DNA of 64,000 nucleotides, taken from NCBI GenBank assembly GCA_951406725.2, contig OX597825.1, forward strand, positions 24,242,001 through 24,306,000, read 5' to 3'. Numbering within the stretch: the first letter of the stretch is position 1; every line of letters begins with the position of its first letter. The DNA is from Octopus vulgaris. Taxonomy: Eukaryota. The translations under genes were made by a program, and so were the position numbers. This document shows positions 36,193 through 50,260 of the stretch, piece by piece. The notes beneath the pieces are model-generated. The model saw only the letters and a list, made by a program, of their open reading frames with translations, made no database searches and was not told where the DNA came from.

Positions 36193-37288
36193 AAAAAGGA
36201 AATGAAGAAAATGCTGACAAAATAATTTAAGTAAGGGAGAGTGTATTTAATTAGGTGAAAGTTCTTTTTTTAAACAAAAAAAGAGAAAAATTGGGTTAGA
36301 ATATAATGTTCATTTTTTGTGAATGATTTCAGTGTATAAGAAAAAAAGTAAGAGTCTTTTACAGTGTTCTGTTTCAGAATAAGATATTTATACACTGAAA
36401 TCATTCACAAAAAATGGACATTGTATTCTAACCCAATTTTTCTCTTTTTTTTGTGTTTAAAAAAAGAACTTTCACCTAATTAAATACACTCTCCCTTACT
36501 TAAATTATTTTATCAGCATTTTCTTCATTTCCTTTTTTTCATATATCACAACTCGTGTTCCATATCTCCTTTTTTAAATATATATATATATATATATAGC
36601 ATATAGTTTATATCCATTTAAATCAACAAAAGAAAAATGGAGAGAAGGAAATTGATAATTGTTCATTATTAACAACAAATTGGTTGTCTTTGCTTCTTAC
36701 GGCTGTTTCAATTAATACTAAATAATTGAATTCCAAATTTGTACATTGAATTTACATTTATGTAACATGAGTATAATTCTATCAGAAAAAGAGAAAAAAA
36801 AGATGTATCTTTGGATGTTATGTGTGGGTTTATTAATTCATTTCAGCAGACCATCAATTCATTTTAGCATACTCTGCTGAAATGAATTGATAAGCCCACA
36901 CATAACATCCAAAAGCACATGTTTTATTTTCTCTGATGAAATTATACACATGTCACATAAATGTAAATTTAGTGTACAAACTTGTAATTAAATTATTGAA
37001 TATTAATTGAAACAGCTGTAAAAAGCGAAGGCGACCAATTTGTTGTTAATAAGGAACAATTAGTAACTGCCTAATGTCCATTTTCTTTTCTTCTCTTAAG
37101 TGGATATAAATTATAAATATATATATATATATATATAACAACTTATAAACAAGGGCAAAAGAAAAATTATACACATCGTGTATTTATAGTGAGTGTATAA
37201 TGAAATGTGGAAATTGATGATTTAAAAGTCTGTTATCAGTATATTGGCATGGAAATAATTTTTCTTTTGCCCTTGTTTATAAGTTGTT
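36193..37288. repeat. Three consecutive unrelated fold-back elements separated by (TA)n
   Basis: Arms 36193-36339/36388-36537 (near perfect), 36602-36850/36873-37115 (diverged) and 37137-37170/37255-37288 (perfect 34 bp). Confidence 0.9.
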
Positions 37289-37375
37289 TATAATTTTAAC
37301 CTTTAAAGGTATTTTAATATGCTGCCACTTTTTGATGAAATTTTTTTCTGAAAAACATTTCATCCTATATTAATA

Positions 37376-37430
<55 letters not shown>

Positions 37431-37584
37431 TATATATATATATATATAAAATTATATATATATAGGTAGGGCTGTAATAAGTTTGCCTCCATTTCCATTT
37501 TAACATATGATGAAATTCTGAACTTCTTTTTTACAACAATGCTAAACTTTCATGTTCAACCAAAAATATATCCTGTTTTACATT

Positions 37585-38040
37585 TTAACCTTTTTGATAC
37601 CAACCCATTCGAGGCTGCTCCTCTTTCTATAATATACACTCCCTGTTTTAACCCTTTCACATTTAAATTCATCATATCTGACCCATATATTTTATGCATT
37701 TTATGTTTAAACTGGCCAGATAGAGCCTCTCACACCTACCCTACAATGTAATTCTAAAGATAAATAATTACATCACCAAAATCACAAAGCTATGAGGTTA
37801 AGCAGGATTCATTCAAAACAATGAATAAATAAGGAATATATTTGATAGAATAATTTGAATATTAAAGGGTTAAGGCAATCTAAATGAAAGCCTTCCTTTG
37901 AAATTTAATATTAATTTATATTCCAAACCTCAGTTCAATATTGACAAAATTATTTTACTAAATCCTTCAATATTTTCAAAGTTAATTGAAGCGAAGGAAG
38001 TGTATTTCGACAGAAATACGATAAAAGAAAATGGGGTTAA
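37585..38040. mobile_element. TTAA MITE with a second TTAA MITE nested at 37648-37873
   Basis: Outer TTAA-CCTTTT..GGGG-TTAA; inner TTAA-CCCTTT..AAAGGG-TTAA. Confidence 0.6.
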
Positions 38041-39384
38041 TAATGGCTGCATATATTAATCTCCCTCTAAGCCTCCATTTTAACATACTTAAACCTTGTT
38101 TAATCTAATCAGTGATTAATTTTAATGTGAAATTAATTATGAAAACACCTCTAACGAACAAACACGATGTGATAACAGTCTTAATTGACCATCTCATAAA
38201 TGTTAATTGAATAAACTGAATTATTAAAATATACAATAAACAGTTTACTGAAACCAATTTAATTACCATTTAATTATTAGTACTTCATTTATTAATACCC
38301 GGAAGAATAAACGGAAAATTCACCCCAGGAAGGAATTTAACTGAGAATTTTGAGGTTCCAAGTAACAAAGTAAACATGTCAAATATCTGGTTCTATCCTC
38401 TATAATGTATACCCTTTGTTCTGTGTTCCAATATAAATCTTTTATGTGCTTTGATATTAATCAATTATATGCTAATTGATTAATTGTACAGTTATAATGT
38501 GATTGGATGCAGTGTTAAAAAAAAAGAAAGGATTACCTGTTTTGGCCCTTAATGCAAAGAAATGCTCCTGAGGATTTTCTGTGTACTAATGATCCTGTTG
38601 TGGAGGCACAATGACCCAGTGGTTAGGGCAGCGGACTCGCGATCAGGGGATTACAGTTTCGATTCCCACACTGGGCGTTGTGTGTGTTTCTTGAGCAAAA
38701 ACACCTAAAGCTCCACCCCAACTTTCTCTCACTCTTTCTTCCTGTTTCTTGCGTAACATTGCGATAGACTGATGTCCCGTCCAGCTGGTGGATATATATA
38801 CTCCACAGAAACTGGGAAGGCTTGAAAAGGGCGCATAAATAAAAAACAAATGTCAGCTTTCTCCCTTAATGAAAATGTTTCAAAATTTTATTATAAATAA
38901 GAAGGATTAATAAAATAAGGTAACGAGAATTTTCCATAGGTTTCTACTTTTTTTTCTTTTTCCTGAAATTTTAACTTTCTATGTGAAAGGCACCAGTGAT
39001 TTTTCTTGTTTGGAACTTTAATGTGCCATGGAATAAAAACAAAAACAGAAAAAAAAGCAGTTATATGAACTGTTGGTATAGAGTATTACATTCTTAAATA
39101 TTTCATTAATTAAAATTAATCACCTAAATTCAAGGAGACTAGGTATTGTTTTTTATATAGTTCATACAACCCTTAACAGGTCCCAAGGAGGTGAACTTCA
39201 CTAAAGGTGCCCAAGGTCAACGAAGTAATATTAACCAATTAACATTCAGATTCTCTGTTAAATGTAATGCCTATTTATTCATATTGGTTTTGAATTAATC
39301 ACGGATTATTTTGTAGCTTTAAGATTTCAATGATGTGATTGCATATTTTCAGAATGACATCATAGGGTATGCCCAAATTTAATA

Positions 39385-39775
39385 TAGGTGTAGGAATGGC
39401 TGTGTGGTAAGTAGCTTGCTTACCAACCACATGGTTCCGGGTTCAGTCCCACTGTGTGGCATCTTGGGCAAGTGTCTTCTACTATAGCCTCGGACCGACC
39501 AAAGCCTTGTGAGTGTATTTGGTAGGCAGAAATCGAAAGAAGCTTGTCGTATATATGTATATATGTGTGTATGTGTGTGTGTGTGTATGTTTGTGTGTCT
39601 GTGTTTGTACCCCCAGCATCGCCTGACAACCGATGCTGGTGTGTTTACATCTCTGTAATGTAGTGGTTCAGCAAAAGAGACTGATAGAATAAGTACTAGG
39701 CTTACAAAGAATAAGTCGATTTGCTCGACTAAAGGCGGTGCTCCAGCATGGCCGCAGTCAAATGACTGAAACAAA
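39385..39775 (+). mobile_element. SINE family A
   Basis: Match to 31-463. Confidence 0.85.
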
Positions 39776-40776
39776 TTAGAGAGATAAAATGAAATAGAAT
39801 ATTTGGGCTAGATATGGCCAGTTTCATTGCTAAAGAGTTAAATCTTGTAGATGGATCAACTCTGCTACCCAAACTTGCCCATAGCAAAAATGGAACTGGG
39901 AACAAAAGAACAAGACAAAATTCCACAAAGTACTTTGTCTGCTATGTTAACAACTCTGTCTGTTCACTGTCTGAGATTTGTATCTGCAAAAAAGAAAATC
40001 AATAAATAGATTTTTTTTTTTTAAAGTGCAAAATATGTGATAGGGTTATATTTGTGGAGAGATGATTGAAACATTTCAAGACGCTGGTGGCAGCATCATT
40101 AGAGAATTATGGTGTTTTGTTTAGTTTGAAATGTTGAGTCTAAATCTGTCAAAGTCATACTTCACCACCCTTGATAAAGACACAGACACCCACCTCTCTT
40201 TTTTGCTTTCTGACAATTCTATATCTTTCTTTATAACATTTTCAGCCCAGATTCTTTCATCTGGAAAGATGAGATTTTTTTTTCTTCTCTCTTCCCTCAA
40301 GAAACACATGAATGACAAACATTAGAAACTCTCCATCACAAACGAGATAATTTTACTTTTAGACCATTCCTATATCTACTGCCAGGCAGAAAAAACACAG
40401 TAGGAAAAAAACAAGCACAATCAAATATAATTTTTGCTATCAACAAAAAAATATTTGTTTTGCAGAAATGACTGAATAGTTGAGAAGTTTGCTTCTCAAC
40501 TGACTATTCTTGGTTTTGGTCACACTACAAAGTACTTTGAACAAGTGCCTTCTACTATAACATCAGACTGACCAATGCCTTGTGAACAAAATTAGTAGAT
40601 GGAAAACTGTGATGAAGCTTGTCATACACACACACACACACACACGTTCATCCATACATAAAACTTAGATATGTTTCAACCAAAGAGTGGTCCAGGCCGT
40701 GTCTAACTTAATAGCACTACCTGATAGGATTATCTAAATCCTTTTTAAGTCCAGTTTTGTTTATGGTCCATTCAAG

Positions 40777-41187
40777 TACTCTCTTTACTCTCTTTTACTT
40801 GTTTCAGTCTTTTGACTGCGGCCATGCTGGAGCACCGCCTTTAGTTGAGCAAATCGACCCCGGGATTTATTCTTTGTAAGCCCAGTACTTATTCTATCGG
40901 TCTCTGTTGCCGAACCGCTAAGTGACGGCGACGTAAACACACCAGCATCGGTTGTCAAGCAATGCTAGGGGGACAAACACAGACACACAAACACACACAC
41001 ACACACATATATATATATACATATATACAATGGGCTTCTTTCAGTTTCTGTCTACCAAATCCACTCAAAGGTTTTGATCGGCCCGAGGCTATAGTAGAAG
41101 ACACTTGCCCAAGATGCCACGCAGTGAGACTGAACCCGGAACCATGTGGTTGGTAAGCAAGCTACTTACCACACAGCCACTCCTGCG
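40777..41187 (-). mobile_element. SINE family A
   Basis: Reverse-complement match. Confidence 0.85.
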
Positions 41188-41340
41188 TAGTGAGTTCTTG
41201 TTGAGTGAGTTGTATCCAGGTATGGGTGGCTTATCTGGTATTCTTTGAAGAAATCTGTCCAGACCCCGTTTAAAGGTGATGGGATCCTTTTCCTCTTTAA
41301 TCAGTTTTGGGACAATGTTAAACAGGTCAGGGCCTGTTGA
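41188..41340 (-). pseudogene. CR1-group LINE ORF2 C-terminal fragment
   Basis: Hand translation: STGPDLFNIVPKLIKEEKDPITFKRGLDRFLQRIPDKPPIPGYNSLNKNSL. Confidence 0.7.
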
Positions 41341-41935
41341 AACAGCTAAAAGATGAATGTGTGTGTATGTGTGTGCACACGTATTATATGTTTCACAACA
41401 ATTACTGGATTTGAAATGAAAATATCGTAAAATATGTTTTTAATTGATTTAATTGGCATTAAATAATACAGAATTGCTGGTTTATAAAATACCACAGGAC
41501 ATGGTATATAATGTGACATTTTCAACTTTGCTACATAGTTTAATTAAGGGTAAATTAATCAATACTTGATTGCAACAGCTGCTCAACAATATTGAAAACT
41601 TTTCACTTACTTAACAACAACGTACTTTGTTTTGTCTGACAGCTGTTTTCATTTCCATGACAACTGTTAACCCTGGTTAAGAGGGTGAAATGTTATTTAT
41701 TATTGTAAGCAATGTTCTGTCTAAATTTTTGCCATGAGCTCTCCTCCTCATCTGCCTCATTTTCATCAGCGTCAGTGTTGTCATCGTTGTCATTGTCATT
41801 GTTGACATTGGCATCATCGCTGTCGTCATCGTCATCATCATCGTCATCATCATCATCATAATCTTCATTATCACCATCATGATCTTTTAGTGTCTTGGTA
41901 TCATCCTGGCAGGGATTGGATGGTTGGACAATAAA

Positions 41936-42195
41936 AGGCATATAGTGTAGTGGTTAAGAGCGCAGGCTACTAACCCCAAGATTCTGAGTTCCATTCCAGG
42001 CAGTGACCTGAATCATAATGATGATGATGATGATGATGATGGTGACGACGACGACGACGACGACGACAATAATAATAATAATAACATTGAAAAATACCTT
42101 AGGAATGAGAAGCCAGGGTTCGAAATTTCCCCAAGACACCTGATGAAGACTGGAAGGTATATCAGCCGAAACATTGTGTTAACAACAAACAAGGA
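41936..42195 (+). mobile_element. tRNA-headed SINE-like element ending in a hammerhead motif
   Basis: A-box-like TAGTGTAGTGGTTAAG (41943), B-box-like GTTCCATTCC (41988), trinucleotide spacer, then the HHR at 42135. Confidence 0.6.
42135..42180 (+). ncRNA. Minimal hammerhead ribozyme downstream of a tRNA-like head
   Basis: GACAC-CTGATGA-A-GACTG(GAAGGTATAT)CAGCC-GAAA-CA-TT-GTGTT. Confidence 0.7.
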
Positions 42196-42433
42196 CGAAG
42201 GAGGAGGAGGAAGAGGAGGAGTATTGCCATGATGGCGAGGTTGATGATGATGATGATGATGATGATGTTGATCACAATGACAATGTTGCAGAAAATAAGG
42301 ATGGTGATCATGGTGACAACAACAACAACAATAAAGATGAGTAGGAGGAGGAGGAGGGGTATTGCCATGATGGCAAGGATGATGATGATGATGATGTTAA
42401 TGATGGTGATGATGATGACGATAATGATGATAA

Positions 42434-42464
<31 letters not shown>

Positions 42465-42590
42465 AGTGATGGTAGTGGTGATGATGATGTTAATGATGGT
42501 GGTGGTGGTGGTGGTGATGATGATGATGATGTTGATGATGGTGGTGGTGGTGATGATGATGATGACGACGATGGTGATGTTGATGGTAGT
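42195..42590. repeat. (GAT)/(GGT) trinucleotide array
   Basis: Read directly from the sequence. Confidence 0.9.
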
Positions 42591-44003
42591 TTGCCTAAAT
42601 ACAATATATGTGTAAAAAGAATTGTTTGCTTAAATTGTTTATTTTCAATCCAGTTTGTTTGAAAGCAAGCTAGATATAAAATGGTTGGGGATTCTCCAGC
42701 TGAAAACCAAACTTTATTGTGTAAACAGAAAAATTTATAGAAAGTAATCTACAAAGTAGCTATTATAATAATATTATCCCTTTTGGTAGAAATATATTAA
42801 ACAAACAAAGCAAAACAAAAGAAACAAACAAAGAAAAAATCCATGAAGATAAACCTTTTCAATTTTTCCCTAGAAACTCTTCAACATAAACACAAGCCAT
42901 ACAGAAAAGGACTTACACAGAGGACAGATACTTCTAATAAAATAAAACAATTAAGAAAAAAGGAAAAAAGACTATGTTTTGGGATTTAAAAAAAAAATTT
43001 TTTTTGCCAATAAAATTCTAAGCTTGAAATCAATCTTTTTTTTAAAATATCTTTTCTATATTCTTTTACTCTTTTGGTTGTTTCAGTCATTTGACTGTGG
43101 CCATGCTGGAGCACCACGTTTCAGTTGGAGACATCGAACCCCCGGGCTTGTTCTTTGTAAGCCTGCTGCTTATTCTATCGGTCGCTTTTGCCAAACTGCT
43201 AAATTACGGGGACATAAACACACCGACATCGGTTGTCAAGCGATGGTGGGAGGGATAAACACAGACACACAAATACATACATACATACATACATATATAC
43301 ATACATACATACACACATATATATATATATATATATATGACGCAGGCATAGCTGTGTAATAAGAAAGCTTGCTTCCCAACCACATGGATCTGGGTTCAGT
43401 CCCACTGTGTAGTGGCTTGGGCAAGTGTCTTCTACTATAGCCTAGGACCAACCATAGCCTTGTGAGTGGATTTGGAAGACAGAAACTGAAAGAAGACCAT
43501 CATGTATGTGTGTGTGTGTAATTGTGTGTCTGTGATGCCCCCCCCACACACCAATCGCTTGACAGCCAATGTTGGTGTGTTTGAACCCCCATAACTTAAT
43601 GGTTCATCAAAAGATACTTATACAATAAGTAGTAGGCATACAAAGAAAAACTCTTGGGATCGATGAGTTCCACTAAAGGTGTATTTCAGGATGGGTTGTT
43701 TTTCCCCACTTTTTGACCAGATACAATACTCATTTATTTTTATCAAAAAAATTAAAAGTATTATTATTGTTATGATAAATGTATTATCATGATTAATGAC
43801 ACTGAAAGACATCAAAAACGAGGCAAACTAATTTAATGTGCCAGTAATTTTAATGAATTAAATATTATGAAATTGATGTGATACTTACTGTGTACCTACT
43901 TTTTCACCCCCGCCCTATATATATATATATATGTATATATATACTCACACATACATATACACACACATACACAAACACACATACTGGGACAAACACATAC
44001 ATG

Positions 44004-44034
<31 letters not shown>

Positions 44035-44346
44035 TCTAAGTTCTTTAATGTTCTAAGTTTATATATATATATATATATATATAAATCATTGGCGATTTTC
44101 TTTCTCTGTCTTCCCTTCCTTGGACTTTTCCTTTTTTCTATAATTCTGATGAAGAGCTCTGCTCAAAATGTTAAATCGTCCTTCTTTCTTTCCTTTACTG
44201 AGTATCCACTAACACTATACTTGTTCCACGTCCTCGCATTGTTGTTTTCTCTTTGCTCATGTTTGGATTAACTATATATACATACACACACACACACACA
44301 CACATAGACACACACACACACACACACACAGACACACACACACATA

Positions 44347-44883
44347 GAGGGTAGTGCAAAAGTAAGTATATATAATTATGAAAAAGAAAAAAAGAAAACA
44401 CGTACAATACTCATGAATTTTTATCAAAAAAATTAAAACTTATGATAAAAGTATTATTATAATAAAAATAATAAATGCGCCCTTTTTAAAGCCTAGCCAG
44501 GCTCATGGTCCCGGTTTCTATGGTGTATGTGTACCCCATCTGGATGGGACGCCAGTCCATAGCAGCGTTGCTCATTTTTGCCAGCTGAGTGGACTGGAGT
44601 AACATGAAATGATGTGTTTTGCTCAAGAACACATGTCGCCCCGTCCGGGAATCAAAACCACAATCTTACGATCATGGTGCTGACACCCTAACCACTAAGC
44701 CACGCACCTCCACAAAAGTTTTATTATAGTTATATAATACCATATAATAATCATTACCAAGATTAACAACACTGAAAATATCAAAACTGAGGCTAATTAA
44801 TTTAATGTGTTAATAGTTTTAATGAATTAAATATTATAATGTTGATGTGATGCTGACTGTATACCTACTTTTGCACGCTGCTG
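44347..44883. mobile_element. Tc1/mariner-like MITE interrupted by a SINE (~44465-44713, minus)
   Basis: TIRs GTGCAAAAGTAAGTATA / TATACCTACTTTTGCAC, TA-flanked. A partial second copy lies at ~43720-43916. Confidence 0.6.
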
Positions 44884-44943
44884 TACCTAAGACACAAGAG
44901 AAAATGCATCTGGAATCCAGAATACGTTTAAGATGTCATCATA

Positions 44944-45337
44944 TACTCTTTTACTCTTTTACTTGTTTCAGTCATTTGACTGCGGCCATGCTGGAGCACG
45001 GCCTTTAGTCGAGCAAATCGGCCCCGGGACTTATTCTTTGTAAGCCCAGTACTTATTCTATCGGTCTCTTTTGCTGAACCGCTAAGTGACGGGGACGTAA
45101 ACACACCAGCATCAGTTGTCAAGCAATGCTAGGGGGACAAACACACACACACTTATATATATATACATATATACGACAGGCTTCTTTCAGTTTCCGTCTA
45201 CCAAATCCACTCACAAGGCATTGGTCGGCCCGGGGCTATAGCAGAAGACACTTGCCCAAGATACCACGCAGTGGGACTGAACCCGGAACCATGTGGTTGG
45301 TAAGCAAGCTACTTACCACACAGCCACTCCTGCGCCT
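44944..45337 (-). mobile_element. SINE family A
   Basis: Reverse-complement match. Confidence 0.85.
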
Positions 45338-46303
45338 ACATACATATTCTATTACGTATGTTATGATGAAATATGTTTTGTTTTTATGGTTTGCGTATGT
45401 GTATGTAACATTACAACTATACAGTGGTGGTATGCTTGATATATAGGAATATGTTTCTTAACTATTTACCCACAATGTTAAATAAATCAATAACATTTCT
45501 TCTTTGTTCTGGAAATATGGTTGATGGAATATATATGAGTTTTCGGAAAGAATTCTAAGAAGTAAAAACCAGCATGCGTCTCATCCGCTGAATGCTCGGA
45601 ATATCTCAATACAAAATATATGTTACATTGTAAATAGCAATCCATAAAATATTGTTTTTTTGCTATTTTAACTGCAAACCATAATCTTCTCTTTTGATGA
45701 GTGATCTCTCAGACACTGCTAATGAGTAACTTTCAATAAATATTGTCAGCCGTAGTAGTTGTAAGCTTTGGAGGTGCATGGCTTAGTGGTTAAAGTGTTG
45801 GACTCAGGATTGTAAGATTGTGGTTTCAAGTCCTGGACCAAGCAATGCATTGTGTTCTTGAGCAAAACACTTCATTTCATGTTGCTTCACTCCACTCAAC
45901 TGGTAAAAATGAGTAATCCTGCGATGGACTAGTATCCTATCCAGGGGAAGATATATACACCAGAGAAATCATGAAACCAGCCCTATGTCCCTTATAGAGT
46001 AATGTAGACAGACCATAATAACAGGCAGATTTTTACAACTTTATCCAGTATCTTCACATGCAATCAGCCAATTGGCTGACATGTGAAGGTTCATGGTTAA
46101 GTGGGATTAGGACATTAGGTTCGTGATCATAAGATTATGGGTTCAGTTCTTAGACTGAACAGTATGTTGTGTCCTTGAGCAAGTTACATCATTTCACATT
46201 GCTCTAGTTCACTCAACTGAAAATGAGCACCAGCAAAGTATTGGTGCAGCCCCACCTCTCTCTCTCTCTCTCTCTTATTCCAGCTGTCACATCATCAAGA
46301 TCC

Positions 46304-46540
46304 CTATTTCTTTACTACCCACAAGGGGCTAAACACAGAGAGGGGACAAACAAGGACAGACACACGGATTAAGTCGATTATATCGACCTTAGTGCATAAC
46401 TGGTACTTAATTTATCGACCCTGAAAGGATGAAAGGCAAAGTCGACCTCAGCGGAATTAGAACTCAGAACATAACGGCAGACAAAATACCGCTAAGCATT
46501 CCGCCTGGTATGCTAACGTTTCTGCCAGCTCGCCGCCTTA
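46304..46540 (-). mobile_element. SINE family C
   Basis: Reverse-complement match to the 32705 copy. Confidence 0.8.
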
Positions 46541-47285
46541 TCAAGGTACCACTGGGCCATGGGTGGGAGGGCTGAGAGGACTTTTATCTTTGCTTATATT
46601 TCCATTGGCATCTCTGAAACAATTAGCCGAAGCATAATGCAATCTGTCAAGTCATACCTGCTTCAGGTGATGACTAAGGTAAGCCATCTACATTAAGTAA
46701 AGTCGTCTTTTCAGTGTTTTGCAATGAATAAGTATCCATAGCGACCACTTTGCTTCTCCGTCACTTAACAATAAACCTTAATCTTCAATGTCACAATGAA
46801 GTTGTCTTTGGAGGTAATATGCCACAAAGTTTGGCATTATTTTAATGTTCTTCCCATGACGTGTGAAATGCTGGCCTTAGTCACCTACACAAAGGTTAAT
46901 GATATAATTGAATCATTCCTTTACTAATAAATAATCAAAATTAAATGATAATTTCTGAATGTCTTAATTTACTGTAGGTAACCAAACACTTCCGATTCTT
47001 AATTAATAAAATGGGAAATTAATTAAATATTGTTTCCGTGTGTTATAATTACTTTCAAGTTTTGGCACTATGCCAGCAATTTCAGGGAAGAGGTAGGTCA
47101 ATTAGATCAAACCCAGTGCTTAACTGTATTTATTTTATTAACCCCACCACCCTAAAGGATTGAAGGCAAAATCAACCTGGGCAGAATTTGAACTCAGAAT
47201 ATAAAAACATGAAATGTTGCCTAGCATTTTGTCCAACATCCTAACGATTCTGCCACTTCACTACCTTACAAAGCATTATTATTAA

Positions 47286-47687
47286 CTAGCAGTATAGCCT
47301 GGCGTTGCTCGAGTTTGTTTTCTTTTCGACCCTTTAGAATTGGAATTTTTGAAAAGTAAAAAATTTGCATTATGTAACTTGTTATTCTCTTTAAGTGAAC
47401 ATTTTTCTGGTTGAAATACACCAAAAAATAGCGACACAGTAGTCAAAAAATTGTAAAAAATAAGGATTTTCACAGAAAAAAAGCATCTTTTTGGTGTAAA
47501 TAATTTTTGGTCTTAATATGGTTCGATTTGAATTTTTTCTTCTACGGAATGAAGAGCAAGCCTTCTTCTATCATACTGTCAATTTTTGTCAACTTGCACC
47601 GCAAGGTCTCTGAGGAGATAGTGTTAGATGAAGGCTACCAAACCTGCCATAGACACACACAGACAACTTCAGCTTTATATATAAAGA
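47286..47687 (-). mobile_element. Non-autonomous Helitron
   Basis: Minus strand begins A|TCTTTATATATAAAG and ends with a subterminal GC hairpin relic (CGAGCAACGCCAGG), then CTAG|T. No TSD. Confidence 0.8.
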
Positions 47688-48145
47688 TTTGTGGTAAAAG
47701 TGATGATCTGGTAAAGTTGATAGCATTCTAGACAAAATGCTTAGCAGCATTTAGTCTGTCTTTAGATTCTGAGTTCGAATTTCACCAAGGTCATCTTTAC
47801 TTTTCATTATTTCTGTTCGATGAATAAAGTACTAGGACCAATGTAATTAACTAGCCCCAGGGGCCGACGAATTAAGAATCAGTTGAGCATTAGGGTTGAT
47901 ATCATTTACTAAATCCATCCCTCCAAATTTCAGGCCTAATGCCTGTTATAGAAAGAATTATTATTTCAAGGTGGTAATGTGATAAGCTCAGAGAATTGTT
48001 AGACTGTGACAAAATATACTTTGTGGTATTTGTTTCAGCCCTTTGCACTCTGAGTTCAAGTCCAGTAAATGTCCACTTTTTTTTTGCATCTTTCCAAGAT
48101 GGGTAAAAATAGTACCAATCACGTACTGAAGTCAATGGTATTGAC

Positions 48146-48376
48146 TGGCGAGCTGGCAGAAACGTTAGCACGCCGGGCGAAATGCTTAGCAGTATTTCGT
48201 CTGCGTTACGTTGTGAGTTCAAATTCCGCTGAGGTCGACTTTGCCGTTCATCCTTTCGGGGTCGATAAATTAAGTACCAGTTACGCACTGGGGTCGATGT
48301 AATCGACTTAATACCTATGTCAGTCCTTGTTTGTCCCCTCTGTGTTTAGCCCCTTGTGGGTAATAAAGAAATAGGT
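48146..48376 (+). mobile_element. SINE family C
   Basis: Match to the 32705 copy. Confidence 0.8.
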
Positions 48377-48994
48377 ATTGACTGACCATCAGCCCTCAGA
48401 ACCATGGGTCTTTTGAAATGGAGGATTAGAAGAATCAGAAAACAAAATGTGTATTTGTTTTGGCTCTTTATGTTCTAAGTTCAAATGCTGCTAACTTCAG
48501 CTTTGCATTTCATCTTGCCCAGGGGCACTAGCATAGCTAGGGTGGGGTGGAAGGGGCAGTAGGGGTGGTCCACACCAGGTGGCACTTTTGGATCTTCTGT
48601 AGGCAACATGTGCTTTTTATGGGGTCTGGGGGCAGTAAACAGGTCTGCCTAGCAACTATGGACAATAAAATCATGTGCTTGTCAACAATTAGGGTTGATA
48701 TAATCAATGAATTCCCTTTCCCCTCAGAATTGCTGGCCTTGCACTTAAATCAGAAACTCTTATAGCACTATACAGAAGTAGAGCAGGGCACCACAATATA
48801 ATCATTTCTGCTCTAAGCACAAGGCCCAAATTTTTGAGGAGACGGCCAGTCAATTAGATTGACCCCAGTACACAACTGGTACTTAATTTATCAACCATGG
48901 AAAGATGGAAAGTAAAGTTAACCTCAGCAGAATTTGAACTCAAAACGTAAAGACATGAAATACTGCTAAGCATTTCACCTGGCATGCTACCCTT

Positions 48995-49545
48995 TCTTAC
49001 TTCTTTATTGCCCACAAGGGGCTAAACATAGAGGGAACAAACAAGGACAGATAAAGGGATTAAGTTGATTATAAGCCTACACTGGTGTGTAACTGGTACT
49101 TATTTAATCGACTCCGAAAGGATAAAAGGCAAAGTCGACCTCGGCAGAATTTGAACACAGAGCATAACAGCAGACGAAATACCACTAAGCATTTCGCCCA
49201 GCATGCTAACGTTTCTGCCAGCTCGCTGCCTTGGGCACTACAATGTATTATCTGTAGACGAAATCAGCTCACTGCATTGGGCACTACAATGTATTATCTG
49301 CAGACGAAATACCTATTTCTTTACTGCCCACAAGGGGCTAAACACAGAGGAGACAAACAAGGACAGACAGATGGATTAAGTCGATTATATCGACCCCAGT
49401 GCGTAACTGGTACTTTATTTATCGACCCCGAAATGATGAAAAGCAAAGTGGACCTTGGCAAAATTTGAACACAGAACATAACAGCAGACGAAATACCGCT
49501 AAGCATTTCGCCTGGCATGCTACCACTTCTGCCAGCTCATTGCCT
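48995..49545 (-). mobile_element. SINE family C, two tandem copies
   Basis: Two reverse-complement copies, each followed by the same flank TTGGGCACTACAATGTATTATCTG. Confidence 0.8.
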
Positions 49546-50260
49546 TGGGCACTACAATGTATTATCTGTATAAAGCTGATTATGTAATTCATACTTTGAT
49601 AAACTCCCAAACATGTATTTTTTTTACATCAGAAAAATGTGTTCGAAGTAATTAAAACATCGAAGAGATGGCGCATAGATGCCAGGAAATCAAGTGGGTG
49701 TTAATTATTTTTGTTATTGCACGAGATAAATTAAAACAGAACAGAAAGTGCATCGTTGCATGTGATTAAATAAATAAAACAGAATTATTAACGATAGAGA
49801 ATTAGGAGTTCATTAACATGGGTTTACTTTAAGAGCAACCAAAGGATATGCTTACATGTAGTAATATCACACATGTTTTGGGTAGCGGTGGAGGTGGCGG
49901 TGGCGGTGGAGGAAATGTTTAGCTTTGAATATTTTGATGGAAATTAGCATCCAAGAATATGTCGATGCGGAACTGATAAACAGCCTGTGACTTAAATATG
50001 AGCCAAGTGTTGAACCAAGATTGCGTTTTGTAAGATGTGTTTGTTTTGACTTAGCTATTGCTGTGACTCATATACAAATACATACAGTTATGAGCATGAG
50101 TGACTCCGACACCTTGAAACATACAGAAACATAATTAAAGACTTCATGGCATTTTGACTTTCACTCACTCGATTATGTCTTCAACAAACTGTTTAATATC
50201 CTTTCTATGAAAGGCTCAAGTCCTGAAATTTGTGGAGAAGTAGGGGGTGAGCTGGTCAAT

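Noticed and set aside
42229-42615. Poly-Met/Val ORF
   Set aside because: Trinucleotide microsatellite artefact.
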